This document shows, one piece after another, positions 24,431-37,469 of a DNA stretch of 64,000 nt. Location: NCBI GenBank assembly GCA_950097015.1, contig CATNEN010000007.1, forward strand, positions 124,001-188,000, given 5' to 3'. The DNA is from Macrostomum hystrix (taxonomy: Eukaryota; Animalia; Platyhelminthes). Numbering within the stretch: position 1 is the first letter of the stretch; each line of letters begins with the position of its first letter. The position numbers were made by a program, and so were the translations under genes. The notes under the pieces were generated by a model. That model saw only the letters and a program-made list of their open reading frames with translations, made no database searches and was not told the origin of the DNA.

Positions 24431-25879
24431 TGTCGGCTATCAAAGTTTCAAGTCAGGAGTGAAACGCGAATAACCACCTAATTTACATGAAACTGTAGCT
24501 TTTTTGATGTTTTCGATTAAAAGTTGTTTTATTAGGATAGAGCAGAAAATGTCAGCTACTGCTCAGCATTTTCATGTCGATTGGTTGGAAAAATGTAAAT
24601 GTCCCTCGTGGTCTCTCTCTCTCGGTTAACTTATGTCAACCGATGAAACTTTTCGGTTTTCCCTGAAAAAAATCCACCGCCATTCCAGACCCGAAGGGAA
24701 GCAACTCAAATTCGAGTCCTTGCGGCAACAAAGGATGCAGTCTTCCATGGCTCCTGGGTCTTTGCGCGACAATTTTGGCTGCAAAAGTGCGCTTAATTTA
24801 ACAGTTTGCTCACGAAACAATTTCATATAATATTCACTTACTTACGAGTTTAGAAGTGCTTATTTAATATCTACCCATTCAGAAACATTTACGCTACTTA
24901 GCATGCATGTACTAACGTGGAGGGACTCTTTTGTCGCTAGCCTAACAGAACGTCGAGATATTCAACGATTTTTAATGAAGGTCCCACTTTTTCCTTAAGC
25001 GCTATTAATAGCAACAGCAATAAGTAGAACTAACAACTAGCCCAGTTGGGTCAGATGGCAAAGCCGAAGCTGTGTACAGCGGTTCAGTCCGTGGACTTGG
25101 GAGTTAAGGCTGGGTAAACTGCGATACGAACTCCCGACCTGTGGTTCAGAAGTCCGAAGTTCTATCCACTAGGCTACAAGCAAGATCCCCGGGACTTTGG
25201 AAATATATTTCGGTAGTGTTAGCATAGGCTTGATGAGCGATTGGATTTAACAGTGCTGTCATTAACTGTAAACAATTAGGTGTAAAAGCTGGTTTAGTTA
25301 AGTAAGATTTTTGGATTTGAACTTTTATTTGAATATCCCGACCTCCTTTGTTTGACGCAGGCGCCGACAATAGGAGCCACAATGTTAATAACTCGTATTA
25401 GCAGTTACACATAGTAGAAATTGTATGTGAAGTTTTCTTTATATTCTTATTTACTCGAGCTGCTTAGCTGATTCCTCTGTTCATGTTTATAACATTACAG
25501 TAACTAATTCGTATGTTCCGGTACAATGAACAAGTTTCCTTCAATTATCTGTTATTTCTTATTCAAACTCACTATATTTATTCCCAAAGAGTAATACAAG
25601 CAACCCGAACTAAAGTCATAAAAAACAGCTCACGTCCTACAACAAATAAAATGCTCCACTCGTTTTGAATGTCCTTTTCACTGAATAAAATAATTGCACC
25701 TTTTGTCATCGAAGCAACGAAAGTATATTGTTTCAACACAGTAGCTGTGAACTCCGCTTGTGAATTGGTAGCAAGTTCATGTGTTTATTTAGGCCCCAAT
25801 TTTTGGGGTATTTTAAGTGCACAATCTCAAAATGTTCTTTGGGAGGTGGTCAACACATACATTACAACATGGTAGATCG

Positions 25880-28190
25880 GCAATATTGAAGCCAATGAGC
25901 CACAAACAAATATAAAAGAACCAAATGTCACAGAATGGCCATAAGGAGGTGGTGGACAAACTCATAAAAACAACAAAGCCAGATTGTCACAGAATGGCCA
26001 TAAGGAGGTGGTGGACAAACTCATAAAAACACCAAAGCCAGATTGTCACAGAATGGCCATAAGGAGGTGGTGGACAAACTCATAAAAACACCAAAGCCAG
26101 ATTGTCACAGAATGGCCATAAGGACGTCGTCCACAAACTCATAAAAACACCAAATCCAGATTGTCACAGAATGGCCATAAGGACGTCGTCGACAAACTCA
26201 TAAAAACACCAAAGCCAGATTGTCACAGAATGGCCATAAGGACGTCGTCCACAAACTCATAAAAACACCAAAGCCAGATTGTCACAGAATGGCCATAAGG
26301 ACGTCGTCCACAAACTCATAAAAACACTAAAGCCAACATGATTAAAAGGCAATATTGAAGCCATTGACCTACAAACAAATATAAAAGTACATAATGTCCC
26401 AAAATGGCCATAAGGACGTCGTCGACACAACCATCAAGACACGAAGCATTATATACTGACGTCAGGTCGATCAGCAAAGCAAGAGCTGACGTAAATCTTC
26501 AAAGAAATACTGGAAAGCCTTTGTTGCAGAATTGACAAAAGACTGTTTTGAACAGAAACATCAATATAAAAATTGCAACAAAAATATTTTAGGACGAATG
26601 ATTACGTCTCGAGCCGATGTTAAACTTCCATGGCAACAGAGAGGTGGGGAATATTTCATTTTGCGATTTTACACATGGCTGCCACAATTATAAAACATCT
26701 ATCAATATTATTTACGAATGAATCATTTTCCAAAACCGATCATAGTGAAACTGGTCAAAACTGATATGGAGACACAGTTATCAATGACACGAATAAGTTC
26801 CAGGCATCAAAACACTATGAATGTTATGGTGGCCATATCAAACATGATAGTCCGGTAACAAGGAACTCTTTGACGCAATAACATATGTAAGAGAACCTGA
26901 ATGATACAAAATGGCCATAAGGAGGTGGTCGACAAACTCATAATAAATCCAAAGCCAGATTGTCACAGAATGGCCATAAGGACGTCGTCGACAAACTCAG
27001 AAAAAAACACCAAAGCCAGATTGTCACAGAATGGCCATAAGGACGTCGTCGACAAACTCAAAAAAACACCATATCCAGATTGTCACAGAATGGCCATAAG
27101 GACGTCGTCGAGAAACTCATAAAAACACCAAAGCCAGATTGTCACAGAATGGCCATAAGGACGTCGTCGACAAACTCATAAAAACACCATATCCAGATTG
27201 TCACAGAATGGCCATAAGGACGTCGTCGACAAACTCATAAAAACACCAAAGCCAGATTGTCACAGAATGGCCATAAGGACGTCGTCGACAAACTCATAAA
27301 AACACCAAAGCCAGATTGTCACAGAATGGCCATAAGGACGTCGTCGACAAACTCATAAAAACAACAAAGCCAGATTGTCACAGAATGGCCATAAGGACGT
27401 CGTCGACAAACTCATAAAAACACCAAAGCCAGATTGTCACAGAATGGCCATAAGGACGTCGTCCACAAACTCATAAAAACACCAAAGCCAGATTGTCACA
27501 GAATGGCCATAAGGACGTCGTCGACAAACTCATAAAAACACCAAAGCCAGATTGTCACAGAATGGCCATAAGGACGTCGTCCACAAACTCATAAAAACAC
27601 TAAAGCCAACATGATTAAAAGGCAATATTGAAGCCATTGACCTACAAACAAATATAAAAGTACATAATGTCCCAAAATGGCCATAAGGACGTCGTCGACA
27701 CAACCATCAAGACACGAAGCATTATATACTGACGTCAGGTCGATCAGCAAAGCAAGAGCTGACGTAAATCTTCAAAGAAATACTGGAAAGCCTTTGTTGC
27801 AGAATTGACAAAAGACTGTTTTGAACAGAAACATCAATATAAAAATTGCAACAAAAATATTTTAGGACGAATGATTACGTCTCGAGCCGATGTTAAACTT
27901 CCATGGCAACAGGGAGGTGGTGAATATTTCACTTTGCGATTTTACACATCAGGTCAATTAGAAAAGCAAGAGCTGACGTAAATCTTAAAAAAAATACTGG
28001 GAAGTTTCCAAAAAAAATTTTACAATTGTGAGCCTATGTTGCACACATGACAAAAATGAACTGATTTGAACAGAAACATCCCAATAAAATGGGAACAAAG
28101 TCTTGTGATAAATTGATTACGCCTCTAGCCGATGTGAAATTTCTTTGGCAACAGACAGGTGGGGAATATCTTCGATTTTACACACGCCCG
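25880..28190 (+). pseudogene. Decayed ankyrin-repeat sequence amplified into 59-bp minisatellites (25927-26335, about 26905-27600) within a roughly 1273-bp-offset direct duplication
   Basis: Unit reads SQNGHKDVVDKLIK; flanks read KARADVNLQRNTG and ADVKL; unit length 59 is not a multiple of 3; block about 26280-26680 recurs at about 27553-27950 and, diverged, at 27960-28190. Confidence 0.7.
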
Positions 28191-29743
28191 CTACAATAAA
28201 AAAGTTATTGTTTATGAAATAAAAGTAATAGAAAGTATGAAATAAAACTAACTGGAAAAAAGTTTCATTAACTAAAATTGTTTTGTTTATTATATTGATG
28301 CACTCGTTTAAGTCGTTTATTCAGTAATTAGATTTTATCGGCAGGCTTATGTGTGTGCTCACGCAGGTCTGGTTGTTTGTGGGGCGGTGGCGTGTGTGCG
28401 TGCTTTGGGGTGGCTGTGTGCCTGCTTACTCATTTTTTCTTTTGTCTGTGTTGTTTGTTCGTCTGTCCTCTTATCATTATTCTTCGCTCAATAATGTCGC
28501 CGTTTTTTCGTATATTGCAAGCGATATTAATTGAATTCGATGCTAATGCTGTATGGAAGATTGACGTCTAGTCCGAGGTTTTTGTGTTCCGCCTCATCCT
28601 TTCCGCCAAGAAGTTTTGCACAACAGAGGTTTAGTTTAATCGTTGGAGCACAGGCGAATGCACAAGTGGAAAGCTTGTGAAGCGGACGACAGTTACACAA
28701 TCCACAAACAAATCTTGGCTTAGATCGGTGTCCTGCAATGGTAAGAATTGTGTACGTGACACTGATGGTTTCAAATTTCTTTATACAAATTGCAGCAAAG
28801 GTTTAAGCTGAGAAAAAATGTGCAAGGCTAGCTGTTAATTAGTTCAAAAACTGTTATATTTTGCTACTCCTATTGCAACAAAGACAGGCATAGTTTAAAA
28901 CACTAGCGAAGGCAAGACAAAATAAGATGAGCTGAGTATTTCGTAATCATATGCTTTACTAAAAGGTTATTGACGGATTTTCTGAGATAACGATCCTACA
29001 CACACTGTCCGGGATTGCAGGAGTCAACAGTTAAACAGAGAGAGAGAGAGTAAAAGCTGAGCCGTTTGCATTGCGCAAATAGTCTTTGAATGCTGTATAG
29101 CAACTTTGGCAGCAAAGTTTTTAATTTTGATTGTTTAATTAGTTATATTTAATCATTACTAAAGCTTAAGGGCGCAGTGCAGTTTGCATGTGCCATCCAA
29201 AGCGAGTCGCACGCCCTGATAAACAGCGAATTTGTATAATCATTTATCTGAAAGATTCACACGAGCGCATGGCTGTGATGCTAGAAAATTTGCCTGTCCA
29301 ACACAGGTGCTTTTTCATGTGATGATATCATATTAAATAGCATACGGGGCGTTAAAGGAAATGCAGATAATAATGCTTTCAATATACACACGTACGCGCA
29401 CTTCACCAAAGAATTGAAAAAAATCTATCAGGTCTAAGTTGCAAACAAGGAAACCGGAATACACGGACTGGGGGCAGGGAAATTTTCAAGACAAAACAGC
29501 ACTGCGTTTTTCTAAATGACCACAGAGCTTTTTTAACGTTTTAATTAGCGAATTGATAATAGCTGAGCAGAAGCAAACTTTTTTTCTGGTGGGAAAAAAA
29601 CTGTTTTACTTGTGGCGCAACATCAAACAAAAGATTCTAGGACAGTTTTTTAAGTGACAAATCATCTTAAAAGAAATTTATAAGAAAGTAAAGACTGAAA
29701 CGGAAAGATGAGAAGAGGGAAATGACAATAACTAGACTAAAAA

Positions 29744-31599
29744 TCAGAGTTCATCTTTGCGCTTCTTGGCAGCCTCCGGCTCATACTTGGGCAGCAGTTC
29801 TTTCACTAGGCGAATAAATTCGGCTTTCTCTGTGCAACCGCGGCAGACTTCGCCCCAGTTCTCCAGGATTTTCTTCAGCTCCTTCACTTTCAGCTTCTCG
29901 AAGTTGATGGTGGTGAAGTCGACAGATTTCTCTGCAATGGAGTAGATCGATTAGATTAGATTGAAATTAGCAGAAGTAAGAGACAGATGCAACTTACCAT
30001 ATTTCAGATCGCAAATCTGAGAATCCTTAGCTTTGAGTTTCTCGCAGACTTTCTCAGCCGGCATGCCCCAGCTGAGCGGCTTGGACAGCTCGTTGACAAT
30101 GTAAGTGGCTGAGGTCTTCAGGCCGCCGACATAGTAGCACTGCGCAAGTACAGAGAAATAATTTGAAATATTATGAAGTTAATATTTAGAATACAAAAGA
30201 AAAGCTTTTAAAATCTTATGATACACTTACGAATCGCTCATCCTTGCCCTTAGCAGTGAGGCAGAACTTTTTGAAAGCTTCACTTATCTTGTCCATGTCG
30301 CCCTTGGTTGCATCATTTAAGCTGGATTCAAATCTACGAATAAACTTGACACAGACTGTTCAATGGGGGAATGAATGTGGATAGGAGCTCTTATTAATTT
30401 AACAAACAATTATCACATTACTCATTTTTCAAAATGTGAGGTTAAACATCATATACTGGATTTTTAAAAAGTTCTAGACAGAAAATTAAGCCAATGAGCA
30501 ACAATCACAGGGGTAATCTTAAATTACATATATCTAACATTATTCTTTATTTTTATTGACTCATCTCAGATTACTTGCTTATAAGTATTGTACACCTTTT
30601 TTACTTTATGTCCTACAACTTAGCAAATAGACAAGAATTTCAAAACTTATTAATATAGACTTCTTTGAAACAAAGAAATATTATATAACAATAAAAAAAG
30701 AAAGAATATATAGAACAAAAAATAACATCAGCAATTAGACATTACCAAATACCTTAAGTGATAATATAGAAGCTGATGGTTTAAGGAGTAAAATTTCTAA
30801 CCTAAATAAGCTATTCAAAATATTTACTAAATCATACATTTAAATAAGCTTGACTTTTAGTCCATCAATAGTTTTTAAAAAAACCATATTAAGATAGACA
30901 ACTTAGATAAATAGATAATTTATGTTTTTCATGCTAGAAAGTAAAAATATTCTGACAAAAGTGAATACAGTGAAAAAAAATAATTTTCCCTTGGTAACAA
31001 CATTTTGAAAGGTTACTAAATGATGGGGCCTATGTTTTTAGAATTAAAGATAGATAGAAAGGAAATATATAATAACTACTCAGATTTTTTCATACAGATA
31101 GTTATACTTAATTTGTCAAACACCAGCAATGAAAGATAGCTAGAAGTCTTAAATTCATAGTGATTGCAAGCTCAGATTTTTGTTTTAGGTAGGAACTAGC
31201 TTGCTTGTCTAATAAAAAACACTTGCAGATATCAAAAAGCAATATAATAGACAGACAGAAGAATAAGCTAAGACTTTCCTGTTTATTTAGATGGCAGAAA
31301 ATTAATTAGAGTTTTATTTCTATACTTCAATAATTTTATGATTTAGTGTGGCTCCAATGCAATATCCAAGCAAAGAAGCCTTCATGATGTTCTTATTCCA
31401 AGCCACCTGCTGCATTAAATTCCAATATGTTTTATTATTAATATGCTAACATAAATAAATAAGCTCAAATTAAAATAAGCAATTCATAACTATTAGCCCG
31501 CTAGTATAGCAACTTACCTTCGCATGTCTCATCATTTACTTTGGCAGCAGAAGCAAAAGCCACACAAAAAAGGAACGCTGACACAAAATAAACACGCAT
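29744..31599 (-). CDS. MANF: Mesencephalic astrocyte-derived neurotrophic factor / ARMET (exons 31599-31518, 30355-30231, 30139-29998, 29931-29744)
   Basis: Signal peptide; [48 protein letters not shown]; SAP-like [21 protein letters not shown]; C-terminal KDEL; all splice phases consistent. Confidence 0.97.
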
Positions 31600-32526
31600 A
31601 ATATGAAAAATAATATAAATGTTTGATGTTAGAGAACTTTGAAAGAGATTTACTAACTGGAATACACTTGCTATTTCGCTCAATTTACGTTAATCAACCA
31701 GGAAGTAAAGTTCGAGTCTGACGTCGAAGTATTTCGAATAGCGTTAGTGACGTGGGAAACGTGTTGCGACAATAACAAAGTTTGCTATTGCATTTTAGTT
31801 TTTTTAATTTGATGTTAAAATATGTCTTAAGTACTGCTGGTTATTTTTAATTAAACAGGAGAAGATTTGGCTTATTACTAAATTTGTGATACTATCGTAA
31901 ATACAATTCCTGTTAGTTATTAATCATCACGATGGAGGAAGAGTTTAGTTTGACCAGTGGTCCTATGAATGATATGAGGTTATAATAATTTTCCCATACT
32001 ACGCTTTCCGATTCAAGGCTTATGTTATGGAATTAGATTAGTTCTAGTTATTTTTTTTCTGAAATTTAACAGTCACTTTATAAGCTCCATAACTTAAAAG
32101 GGTTTCAATTGTTGACTCCTATGTATGTGATCCGTAGGTGGGTTATTAGCTGCAGTAAGCGTAATATGTGAACGAAACTGAAACAAAAAAGGATTAAAAA
32201 TCTATAATAGCGATTTTAAAGTTTTAATAGAAAAGTTTACAATTTTTCTTTCGTTACTTTCCTAAGTTGATAAATTATATTATTTAAACGTACACTAGAT
32301 TTATTGTGGACCTTTTTTATTAAGGTAGCGCATCAAAAATAGCACCAAAAAAGCTGCACCAATAGTTCGTGTTGAAGGATTATATTATTTAATTTGTTGA
32401 TTCTGAGCAATAAAATAGAGTGCATAGTTACCAGCAGCAGTCGAAAATTCCACGTCCGACAGGCAATGCGATCAGTAATTAAGGGGCGGGCAAAGCAGAG
32501 CTCAGGTGATCAGCGGACACAGGTGA

Positions 32527-34559
32527 TCAAGCCGCTGCCCGGGTCATGTAGGCTTTGTGCCTGCGCCGCGCAGCAATGGCTTTCGGTCCACGGCTGCTCC
32601 CAGAAGCCGCAGCTGCCTCTTCCATCGGGGACACAGCCGCTGAGCCAAGCACCAGGGCGCAGCTGTCCACGGGCTCGAGCTCGATGCCGCTGACGACCAT
32701 GGGGCGCCGCTGATGCCAGGGCGGACTACATGCGCCGCCGCCTCCGATGCCAATGCCATGGACGGCACCGATGTGGACTCTGCAGTTCGGGCGGCCGTCG
32801 GCCTTGGTGACGGTGCGCAGCCTTGCACTTGCTCCGCTCGCCTGCCTGGTCATGTCACTGCTGTACATTACTGCCGCAAATGTTCCGAGGGGGCGAGCTG
32901 CCCTTTTCATTGTAGTTCAGGCTGTCGAAGATGGCGCTCGGCTTGATTGTGGCGGTGGCCGGCACGGACTCGGCCGTGGTCGGCATGGACTGCTTGACGG
33001 TGGCCAGCGATGTCTTCACGTTGGCCTGCATGGGCTTAGCAGGGGCCCGCACGGGCTCAGCAGTGGGCGGCGCGGGCTCAGGAGTGGGCGCTGACTCAAC
33101 GTTGATCTGCGTGGACTTGACAACGACCGGCGCAGACTCGTCCGTGGCCAGCGGTGTCTTTGCGTTGGCCGGGGTGAGCTCAGCATGGGCCGGCGCAGGC
33201 TCAACAGTTCGCGAGGAGTACGGTACGAATACAGTACATAATAATATAATAACATTGTGAACAAAAAAATATGAAATGTAAAATACAAATAATATACATA
33301 TTTTAAAAAAGCAGGAGCATCATACCACACAAGGATCAATATTTGGATATTTAATATTTTCATGTACATGAAAAAGTATGATACGGACCTACAAGTACGA
33401 AAAAAAGTTTGAACCGCTATTTGCAAGGTTCGGCAAAAAAAGTAACAGTTTTTTTACAGTTCCCACGAAATATCGACTGCTGGGTGCAGTATAATCGAGA
33501 GCTTCTGCAGAAATTCAAGATTTTCGCAGTCTCTCAGCTGCATGCCTGCATGGGTGAAGTGTAACCTAGCCCCTCATGTGTTTGCGAAAAAAATCGGGAT
33601 AATATGAAATAGGTAGGTCTTATTTTTCATAAAAACGATACACCGGATAGACTGCATGGTTGCCGGTTTTGCTGGTAAGATAAGCTGCCAGTATGGTGTG
33701 TGTGTGTGTGTGTGAGTGTGTGCGTGTGTGTGTGTGTGTGCAAAATGTGTCAGCCACAAGTGAAGCGTGTCTTATCACTACGACACTATAACAAATACTA
33801 ACTATTTGTAGATCAGTTTTGACTACCTTAGGACTGATACATTTCGTATTACTTCTGTGGTATTATAGCCCGGCCCGATTCACACGAGGCTAAGTGCCTA
33901 TTAATAAAAATCTAAATTATACAATGACGCTTTTGAAATATTTTAGCACAATTTTCTAGTTTTGCTGCCTACAACGTCATTGAAAGTATGCATAGCGTAG
34001 CGTATCTAGACTATAAATTAAAGTATGCCAATTCACAAGGGAAAGGGTGTACAATCTAGATCCACATGTACTTTTTGTTCGATCATTTACTTAATTAGCA
34101 AAGGACTGCAACGGCCGCGGCGTGGCATTTCAACTCACTGACTGTTGGTTGGGGCTAGATTGTTGGGAGCAGAAGAAGGGAGCGAGGTGAAGTCTGAACT
34201 GGATTGCACGAGTCGACCTTCTGCCTGGCAACGTATGTACATTATTCCTATACGGACGGAATTTTTGTTGAGAGTGGGAGGAACCTTTCCAGATTTTCCT
34301 CTTCTTCTGGCCTGCCTATTTGCCTGTCGATCGCGTGCCAGTGAAGAGCCAGACATTGAGAAGAAAGAGAGTGAGGAGAGGAAGGGGAGAACCGCGACTG
34401 CTGATCGAAGATTTCAAATATCTGGTCCGCTCCGGATTTTTCAGTTGGGGAAGAACTTTGGATCCTCTGGAATATTTGGAGGAGGTGGGAGTGGTGGGAT
34501 GAGAGAGAGGAGCGATGGTGTACACACCCTCGCGAACATTTCTCTCTGGGCGCGTACAT
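32527..34559 (-). CDS. Putative unidentified Ala/Pro/Ser-rich protein fragments (about 34559-34250, 34230-34140, 33210-32855, 32910-32527)
   Basis: GC3-biased open frames (e.g. PANAKTPLATDESAPVVVKST, MVVSGIELEPVDSCALVLG); no recognisable domain and no clean exon chain. Confidence 0.3.
33694..33740. repeat. (GT)n microsatellite
   Basis: Directly visible. Confidence 0.9.
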
Positions 34560-35180
34560 TTTTCATGCGCGCACTACTGTGTTTTAAGGCTTTCCGTCAC
34601 TATTGGGCCCACCTCCTCTCAATCTTTCTCTCTCTCTCTCTGTGTGTCTGTCTGTCTGTGTGCCGCTGGTCAAACGATAAAAGCTGGCCCAGTGAAGGCC
34701 TAGGTCTGGGACACACTTCGCACCGCGGCAAGCAGGTACTGCTAAGTTAACACACCAGGTCAGTAGTCTATTGTTTGCTCTAAGTATTCAATAGAGTCAT
34801 TTCCCAGCTTTGAATTGAATTAGCAAGCAAAAGCAGAAGACTTTGATAAGCCTTTCTTTGTCTCTGCGTATAATATAGGGCAGAGCGCAGAGCACGAATA
34901 TTCGAATTTTGCTAATTCTGATTCTAAGAACTCAGCCAGAGTTGTACTCAAGACTGCTGAATATCACTAGTCGTAAGCAGCCAATTCAGACCATTGTTAA
35001 TATCTCTTTTTCCAAAAGGTAAGACAGTATTTTTAGGGCCAGTTGAGGTTGGCCTCTTAAACTTAAAACTCTGCGCTGCGGGGCTTAAAAATATAGACTC
35101 AACTGAAAATTTATTGTAAAATTAATTTCACAGCTTCATTTCTTCCTGTGACCCACAGATTTGTCAGTTGTCTGTTTCGA

Positions 35181-36746
35181 ATGGCGAGCGCTGGTAAGTG
35201 CCGAAGCAATTACAGTTATTTGGGCACGTGTGACAAAGTTAGAGAGTACGTACCGGGAGACATGCGACCAATGCGTAACAACCTACTGCTCAACCGTTTC
35301 AGAGGAGTACACAGTGGTGATGGATCCTCGCCTGCTCGGCGAAGAGTTCCCAAAGATCTCGGCCAACAACAAGAGCATCATGGGTCAGTGCCTCACTGAG
35401 AAGATCTGGAACGACATGAAAGATCACAAGACCAAGACTGGAGACTGGACGCTGAGAAAGGTTTAATCTCTATTATCCATGCTCACTAACAATGCAACCT
35501 AGCTAAAATTTGAAGCTTTATATCTACGCACAAGCTAGCTTAAAATTCATCAAACGATCAAACGACTCACTGTTAAATGAACGGCGCATGTTAAATATAA
35601 AATTCTGCCAGTTATTTGTACGGGCAAGAACTTCCTGACCTGGCCGAATTTGCAGAAATACCTGATTTGTTATGATGTAAAATAGTATAATTTCTGTTCT
35701 GTAGGCCATTAACACCGGCTTCGTGAACGAGGACTCCCTGGTAGGTTGTCACGCGGGCGATCTGGAGAGCTACACCGACTTTGCCGCCCTGTTCGACCCC
35801 GTGATCGAGAAGTACCACGGCGGCTACGGGCCCGAGCGGAAGCACGTCACCGACATGGACGCGGGGAAGCTGCGCGGCGACTTCGCCGAAAAGTCTAACA
35901 TCAAGTCCACCCGCATCAGAGTGGCCAGGAACCTGTTTGGCTTCCCGCTCAACACGGCCGGCACTCGCGAGTCGCGCCTGGCCATCGAGGACCTGATGAA
36001 GCGCGTCTTCGAGACCCTGACTGGCGACTTGGCCGGCACCTACTACTCGCTGGCCAGCCTCACCAAGGAGCAGCGGCAGCAGCTGGTTGACGACCACTTC
36101 CTGTTCAAGCCCGGAGACCGCTTCCAGGTCGCGTCAGGCTACCACGCGTAAGTAGCCGGCGCGGATCATTTATGATTGTAAGAAAGCGTAAAATATTCAC
36201 ATTCTGAACACACTGCTTGAAGTAGAACAGTGCGCTATTTTTAGCTTCTGGCCGGCCGGTCGTGGCATCTTCCACAACAAGGACAAGACCTTCCTGCTGT
36301 GGCTGAACGAGGGCGACCACATCCGCATCATCAGCATGCAGCAGGGCGGCGATGTCAAAGCCGTCTTCGAGCGCCTCTGCCGCGGAGTCCGCGCCATCGA
36401 GGATGGCATCAAGCAGATAACTGGCAACGCCCAGGCCTTCCTGGCCACCGACCACCTGGGCATGATCACCTGCTGCCCGTCAAACCTGGGCACCGGCCTG
36501 CGCGGCAGCGTGCACATCGTGCTGCCCCACCTGTTCAAGACCATGGGGCTCAAGAAGCTGGATGAGCTGGCTCGCAGTCTGGGCTGCCAGGTGCGCGGCA
36601 CTCACGGAGAGCACACCGAGATAGTTGACACCTGCGACATCTCCAACTTTCACCGCATCGGTCGGGCCGAGTACGAACTGGTGCAGAACATGATTGACAC
36701 CGTCAACAAGCTCAACGAGCTGGAGGCCGAGGCTGCTAAGCAGTGA
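35181..36746 (+). CDS. Phosphagen (ATP:guanido) kinase, single domain, about 370 aa (exons 35181-35193, 35303-35460, 35705-36147, 36245-36746); substrate not assignable
   Basis: VGCHAGDLESY, STRIRVARN, DDHFLFK, WPAGRGIFHN, WLNEGDHIRIISMQ, TCCPSNLGTGLRGSVH, RGTHGEHTE; in-phase GT-AG joins. Confidence 0.95.
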
Positions 36747-37469
36747 TTGCGCAGGGACGGCAGGGACAAAATTGACTTTTGCGCTGAATCGGAATCACTA
36801 ATAATTTATTTTCTTAGCAACTTTTGTCTCTTCACCAATTATTAGATTAGCTTGTGAGCCTTTCAATGCACAACTATTGGTTTGCCATTGTCTTAGAAAT
36901 TAGGCAAATGAAGTCGGTTTTATTTAAACGAAAGCATTTCGGCATCAGTTTAAATATTCGGTTAAAGTTAGGTTATAGAGTCGAAAGAAAAATGTGACAA
37001 GCGAAAGAAATCGTTCGACAAAGAACAAAATTACAGTAGACGCAGTTTTAAATCTATTTTCTGTTCTTGTTCTTTAAACTTTTCTCATAGAAAGAGCAAT
37101 ATAAATGAAAACAATATACATTTTTATATTATAGCCTTTTAGCGTCTAGCGCCGATTTGAAACTGTTGTATAAAGTCAGTTTTTAATCGATCTTTTCTGT
37201 TTTCAAGCTTTTTAATCTAAAATTTTCTTTCCTACTTTAAAAAAATTAGATTTACTTGTACTTAGGACTCTTACCCAAGCACACAGTAGTCAATCTTTCT
37301 AGCAATGGCTTCTTAATCGAATTTCATCGTAAATTTGAATAAAATTCCTGAAATCTACTTTCAGAAATAGCAAATATTTTCACTTTATGGGCGACAAGTA
37401 AGAATAAAAACAACTTTATCAAAGTTTGAGTTCTCATTGTGTTTAGATTTCTGCAGAGCATCTGAATCA

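Noticed and set aside
25041-25115. Next exon of Ig paralogue 2 (AQLGQMAKPKLCTAVQ..)
   Set aside because: Phase-compatible but weak acceptor and no homology to paralogue 1
32700-32950. Plus-strand B-box-like (PCTC..AVHYCRKCSE) and PGAP2-like (ALVTV..CLVMSLLY) readings
   Set aside because: Short, incomplete similarities in competing frames; codon bias favours the minus strand
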